A stretch of 64,000 nt of DNA from Escherichia phage 121Q: sequence record NC_025447.1; one strand, given 5' to 3'. Below the pieces are notes generated by a model, which made no database searches, was not told where the DNA came from, and saw only the letters and a list, made by a program, of their open reading frames with translations. The first letter of the stretch is position 1; every line of letters starts with the position of its first letter. Position numbers and translations under genes: made by a program. Below are positions 60,699 to 64,000 of the stretch, in pieces.

Positions 60699-61186
60699 CT
60701 AAATCAATGAAAAATTCATTTGATAAAATCAAGAGTTGTCTTGATGGGGAAAATATTACAAGTGTTACACAAACTGCTGACCAAATTCAAAGCAGTTCAA
60801 ATGATTGTACTGTTATTTTAGGTTTACATAGTCTACGTTTATCAATAGTAAATAATATTGACAACACTGCTATTGTAATCACACCATGCCATATTCAAAA
60901 TGAGAATGGTGTATATCTTCATCACATGGGAACAGTATTTCATATTTTCAATACAAACGAAAACATTGTTAAGGAATACAAATCTCTTAATATTGATTCA
61001 GGTGAATTATTTCAAATGAGTACTTTGTACTCATGTAATTTTACAGATACTTCATGTATTTTGCCATTTTTCTTGGAAATTATTAAGAAAATGGAAAATT
61101 TAAAACGTGAATACAATAAAGAAATGGTTCCTGAAGCTATATTAAATATTACTAATGCTATAGAGAAGTATAATGCAGTGACTTAA
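60689..61186 (+). CDS. family-3 protein
   Basis: Core DSGELFQMSTLYS. Confidence 0.6.
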   Translation: MYLTKSMKNSFDKIKSCLDGENITSVTQTADQIQSSSNDCTVILGLHSLRLSIVNNIDNTAIVITPCHIQNENGVYLHHMGTVFHIFNTNENIVKEYKSLNIDSGELFQMSTLYSCNFTDTSCILPFFLEIIKKMENLKREYNKEMVPEAILNITNAIEKYNAVT

Positions 61187-61228
61187 TAAAAACGCACATG
61201 GAGTGCATTAGAAGATCAAGGATAGATC

Positions 61229-61702
61229 ATGGAGATTAAAACTGTTGAAAATGGGAAAATTGATGACATTTTAGAGTTGGACGCATTCAAAGTTCATGAT
61301 ATAATGTTTAATGTGAAGGACATTATTCAATGTCTATTTTTGTGTAGCAAGACAATGCATGATTTTTTTCACAACCCAAATACTAACGTTTTTATACTAA
61401 CAATCAGTACTGAAAACTCGTTTATCATGGGTATGCCTATGAGTACAAATGAACAATATATTGATTGTGTTATTCGTAATAACGATAGTATTACGCCACA
61501 ATCTGAAGTACGTAAAAAGAAAAACACCTACACAATCAAAGATGATAAAATTATGATGTGCTGTAGTAAAGGGTTTATATTAGATAATTTTATCGTCAAA
61601 GACAGTTATCATGACTTTAAAGTGTCTGAAAATCAATCCAATGTAGTTCTTTATGCGAGTGACATAGAAAGTCTAACAGTTAAAGACCCCAGTTTGGAGT
61701 AA
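61229..61702 (+). CDS. hypothetical protein (157 aa)
   Basis: ORF after short gap; no family core. Confidence 0.55.
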   Translation: MEIKTVENGKIDDILELDAFKVHDIMFNVKDIIQCLFLCSKTMHDFFHNPNTNVFILTISTENSFIMGMPMSTNEQYIDCVIRNNDSITPQSEVRKKKNTYTIKDDKIMMCCSKGFILDNFIVKDSYHDFKVSENQSNVVLYASDIESLTVKDPSLE

Positions 61703-61705
61703 GTA

Positions 61706-61837
61706 TGGCTAAGAAAGTAAACAATTTCGTACAGAAACACATGAATGAGTTTAACAAGCCTCAGACACATGTGGATCGTAAAAAAGAAATGAAAAATGGT
61801 AAAGTAAAACACAAGTCGAGATTTATTCTCGACTAAT
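61706..61837 (+). CDS. small basic protein (43 aa; below ORF-track cutoff)
   Basis: SD GGAGTAAGT then ATG 61706; MAKKVNNFVQKHMNEFNKPQTHVDRKKEMKNGKVKHK... Confidence 0.45.
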
Positions 61838-61859
61838 TTTTTGTCTAAATTTATGAGGA

Positions 61860-62714
61860 TTGTATATGTTAGACATTTCAGATTTTCTTAATTTTAAAAA
61901 ATATTCAGTACTTGAACATATCAACGAATTTCTGAATTCTACTACACCATTTGGTATCAGTACATCAGATGCATACGATGGATATACAATCTTCCCATAC
62001 AATGACTTTCAAATTTCCGTCAAAAAAGGTTTTACAAAAGAAGTTGCAATTCGTGATGTAGTAATGTATAGCGATTCTTCTATTTCTTACTGTCATGACG
62101 TGAACAAGTTTGAATCTCTTTCAACACCTAATTGTTCATACTACAAATCCCATGACACGATGATGTATAAAGAACAACATATTAATGGTGTTTCGTTCTA
62201 TAAAACTAGCAGTGATAAATCATATACATCTAGAGATGATTTTGGAAAATACACATGTACTATGCACACGGATAATGAAAAAACAAATTACACTCATTCA
62301 TTCGAGTCCAAATTCCAAGAGAGTGAAGTTTCAAATATCACTATACAAGAACAGGTTTCAGAAGGCATTGTATATCGTAGTACTGCATTCTTTCGCATGA
62401 AAGATATTGCCACAGGCAGACCAATGATGTACAATATTGACATATACATGAAAGGTGATATATCCGAAGTAGTGATTAGTACTGGTTATCGTGAAAAATA
62501 TACAGTTACAATGGAATCACCAGATGCATCATTAGTTCACCTCTTTAACAATTTATATACATTCCAATTCGAACTTAGTTTCGATCCAAATGAATATCAA
62601 ATATTTGATATATTAAAAAGTAATATTATTAATAAGTTAGAATATTACTACAAGTTAGGTGGTAAGATGTGCATAGTTAATACTATGTTACATAACATAA
62701 AAGAAACATTATAA
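61860..62714 (+). CDS. hypothetical protein (284 aa)
   Basis: SD TGAGGATT; long ORF. Confidence 0.65.
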   Translation: MYMLDISDFLNFKKYSVLEHINEFLNSTTPFGISTSDAYDGYTIFPYNDFQISVKKGFTKEVAIRDVVMYSDSSISYCHDVNKFESLSTPNCSYYKSHDTMMYKEQHINGVSFYKTSSDKSYTSRDDFGKYTCTMHTDNEKTNYTHSFESKFQESEVSNITIQEQVSEGIVYRSTAFFRMKDIATGRPMMYNIDIYMKGDISEVVISTGYREKYTVTMESPDASLVHLFNNLYTFQFELSFDPNEYQIFDILKSNIINKLEYYYKLGGKMCIVNTMLHNIKETL

Positions 62715-62730
62715 ATCTGGAGGATTTGGT

Positions 62731-63027
62731 ATGGATACTAAATTCAAAATTATTTTTAAAACTAAGCCGTATATTCCACATACAGCAGAACGTTTTATAC
62801 CACATGGTGCTGAGGAAATTATTCACCAAGATGGTACTAAGTTATACCTTGTTCCTTGTTCTTATGAACGTGCAGTAGAAATGTTACTAATGAATGCTAG
62901 ACTATGCAAAAACAAGTACATTAGTTACCTATACAATGAACATATTTTAGATTTCAATGATGAAAATATGTTCATTCTAGCAATTGAGGATTTTGATAAC
63001 TGGTACAATATTATTAAAATCCAATGA
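62731..63027 (+). CDS. hypothetical protein (98 aa)
   Basis: SD TGGAGGATT; ATG 62731. Confidence 0.6.
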   Translation: MDTKFKIIFKTKPYIPHTAERFIPHGAEEIIHQDGTKLYLVPCSYERAVEMLLMNARLCKNKYISYLYNEHILDFNDENMFILAIEDFDNWYNIIKIQ

Positions 63028-63034
63028 AAATAAT

Positions 63035-63063
63035 GTGAACATATTAGATTCTTGTGATATAAT
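63035..63063 (+). promoter_or_regulatory. promoter with extended -10, overlapping a hairpin
   Basis: TGaTATAAT at 63055-63063; inverted repeat TGTGAACAT..ATGTTCACA plus T8 could also act as terminator for the upstream gene. Confidence 0.45.
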
Positions 63064-63096
63064 GTTCACATCTTTTTTTTGATAACGGAGATATAG

Positions 63097-63483
63097 ATGA
63101 ATACAAGTTCAGTCCTAAAAGCAATTGGTGGTGTTTTACTCATTGAAGTAAAAGGTGAGCCAAAGCTATGCTGTTTAGAAGATATGAAGAATACAAAACA
63201 CTTCAGTACTGGTCAGATTTTCAATGCCATTCGTATTCTAAATGACAAATCCATTGCTGATTATGGAAAAGTTTGGCCTGTATATCAAAATGCTGATGGT
63301 GATATCAGTACTGATTGGAAAACAATTGAGGCGGTACGACAAAGTTGTGAGAGTGATTGGGACTTCATTGTTGAAGTTTGTGATCAACTACAAGAAGATG
63401 TTCCAGAAATTGTTGAACGAAAAGAAGTTCTAGCACGACTTGAAAAATTCCGTCACGGAACACTACAGTATGACACAATCTAA
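63097..63483 (+). CDS. hypothetical protein (128 aa)
   Basis: SD AACGGAGATATAG; ATG 63097. Confidence 0.65.
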   Translation: MNTSSVLKAIGGVLLIEVKGEPKLCCLEDMKNTKHFSTGQIFNAIRILNDKSIADYGKVWPVYQNADGDISTDWKTIEAVRQSCESDWDFIVEVCDQLQEDVPEIVERKEVLARLEKFRHGTLQYDTI

Positions 63484-63532
63484 TCTGCTTATTAAAAATA
63501 TCTAATTAACATTATATAAAAGGAATTTAAAA

Positions 63533-63838
63533 ATGGAAGACAATGGAATGAAATTTGATATGTTTGAAGGTGTACCAGAGTTCGATTTCAACAAACTTGA
63601 AGAAGGTGAGGAATCAGAACTAGTTAGTGTTACGCTTAAAGCAGATTCTAAAAAGAAATATTCATCATCAGTACGTTCACGTTCACAAGAAGAATACGAA
63701 ACATTTATTGAAAGTATTCATTATGAAACATTCCATCACGCAGATGGAACTCCATATGAAGTACGTGTAACAGTACTGAAGCCTGAAGTAAATCCAATGG
63801 AAAATCTACGTCCTGTTTACTGCTGGGCAAGTCACTAA
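63533..63838 (+). CDS. hypothetical acidic protein (101 aa)
   Basis: SD AAAGGAAT; ATG 63533. Confidence 0.65.
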   Translation: MEDNGMKFDMFEGVPEFDFNKLEEGEESELVSVTLKADSKKKYSSSVRSRSQEEYETFIESIHYETFHHADGTPYEVRVTVLKPEVNPMENLRPVYCWASH

Positions 63839-63846
63839 TAAACCAA

Positions 63847-63878
63847 AGGACGGGATTTGTTATCTCGTCCTTTTTTTG
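63847..63878 (+). terminator. Rho-independent terminator
   Basis: AGGACGGGA..TCGTCCT followed by TTTTTTTG. Confidence 0.6.
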
Positions 63879-63889
63879 TCTGGAGATGT

Positions 63890-64000
63890 ATGAAACTTTA
63901 TCTAATCGTTGACTACAATAAGGATTATGCTGGTAACTTCACCGAAGATTCGGATGGATATTGCACATCGACTAATGTCAATGTACGTAGCAGTAGTGCT
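63890..64000 (+). CDS. hypothetical protein, 5' fragment (runs off window end)
   Basis: SD GGAG then ATG 63890; open frame to position 64000 (MKLYLIVDYNKDYAGNFTEDSDGYC...). Confidence 0.5.
   Translation, partial: MKLYLIVDYNKDYAGNFTEDSDGYCTSTNVNVRSSSA

Noticed and set aside
32771-61186. Interpreting the EExYFQxS core as a bona fide 3C/TEV-type protease cleavage site
   Set aside because: The residue after Gln is highly variable (Q, G, N, L, E, M, Y) rather than the Gly/Ser such proteases need, and no protease gene is recognisable in the window; kept only as a hypothesis.
27700-61200. Possibility that the regular small-unit arrays are a CRISPR array or other repeat-spacer structure
   Set aside because: Units are 200-600 bp protein-coding genes with SD sites and family motifs; there are no short identical direct repeats separated by unique spacers.
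1-64000. Assignment to a named phage genus
   Set aside because: Promoter consensus and the box element do not match the T4 or T5 early promoter patterns I can recall; without a database search any name would be a guess.

Overview
This window reads as part of a large, AT-rich (roughly one-third G+C) virulent bacteriophage genome with an enterobacterial-type host, judged from sigma70-like promoters, Shine-Dalgarno sites and E. coli-type Chi octamers. No rRNA, tRNA, CRISPR array, transposase or integrase was recognised by eye. Layout: (i) 1-3255, three minus-strand paralogous RCC1-like repeat (beta-propeller) genes sharing the N-terminus MLPFARMVKYGN and an identical 74-bp 3' flank; (ii) 3358-7194, a tandem array of ~17 plus-strand genes of ~60 aa (family 1, 'KEYY...LLLIYKY'); (iii) 7200-9060, a 1.9-kb non-coding region dense in AGTACT palindromes, direct repeats, an iteron-like array and Chi sites; (iv) 9060-27500, an early-type region of ~55 small genes, most behind a reusable cassette (consensus promoter, conserved GGGGA..TCCCC leader hairpin, SD), with a repeated 'CCCACAGGGTGCA' box element, eight Chi octamers, and TraR/DksA-like, GNAT-like and kinase-like genes; (v) 27700-32800, ~23 tandem ~70-aa paralogs (family 2, 'LGTNYQE'); (vi) 32770-61200, at least ~45 tandem paralogs of 100-220 aa (family 3) whose only invariant feature is an acidic-aromatic-Gln-x-Ser core ('EExYFQxS'). 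The most unusual candidate system is the pair of hyper-expanded, translationally coupled paralog arrays covering more than half the window, together with the AGTACT palindrome embedded in promoters, gene junctions and the family-3 core codons. All product calls are motif-level reading without database searches; coordinates of promoters and hairpins are approximate to a few nucleotides.
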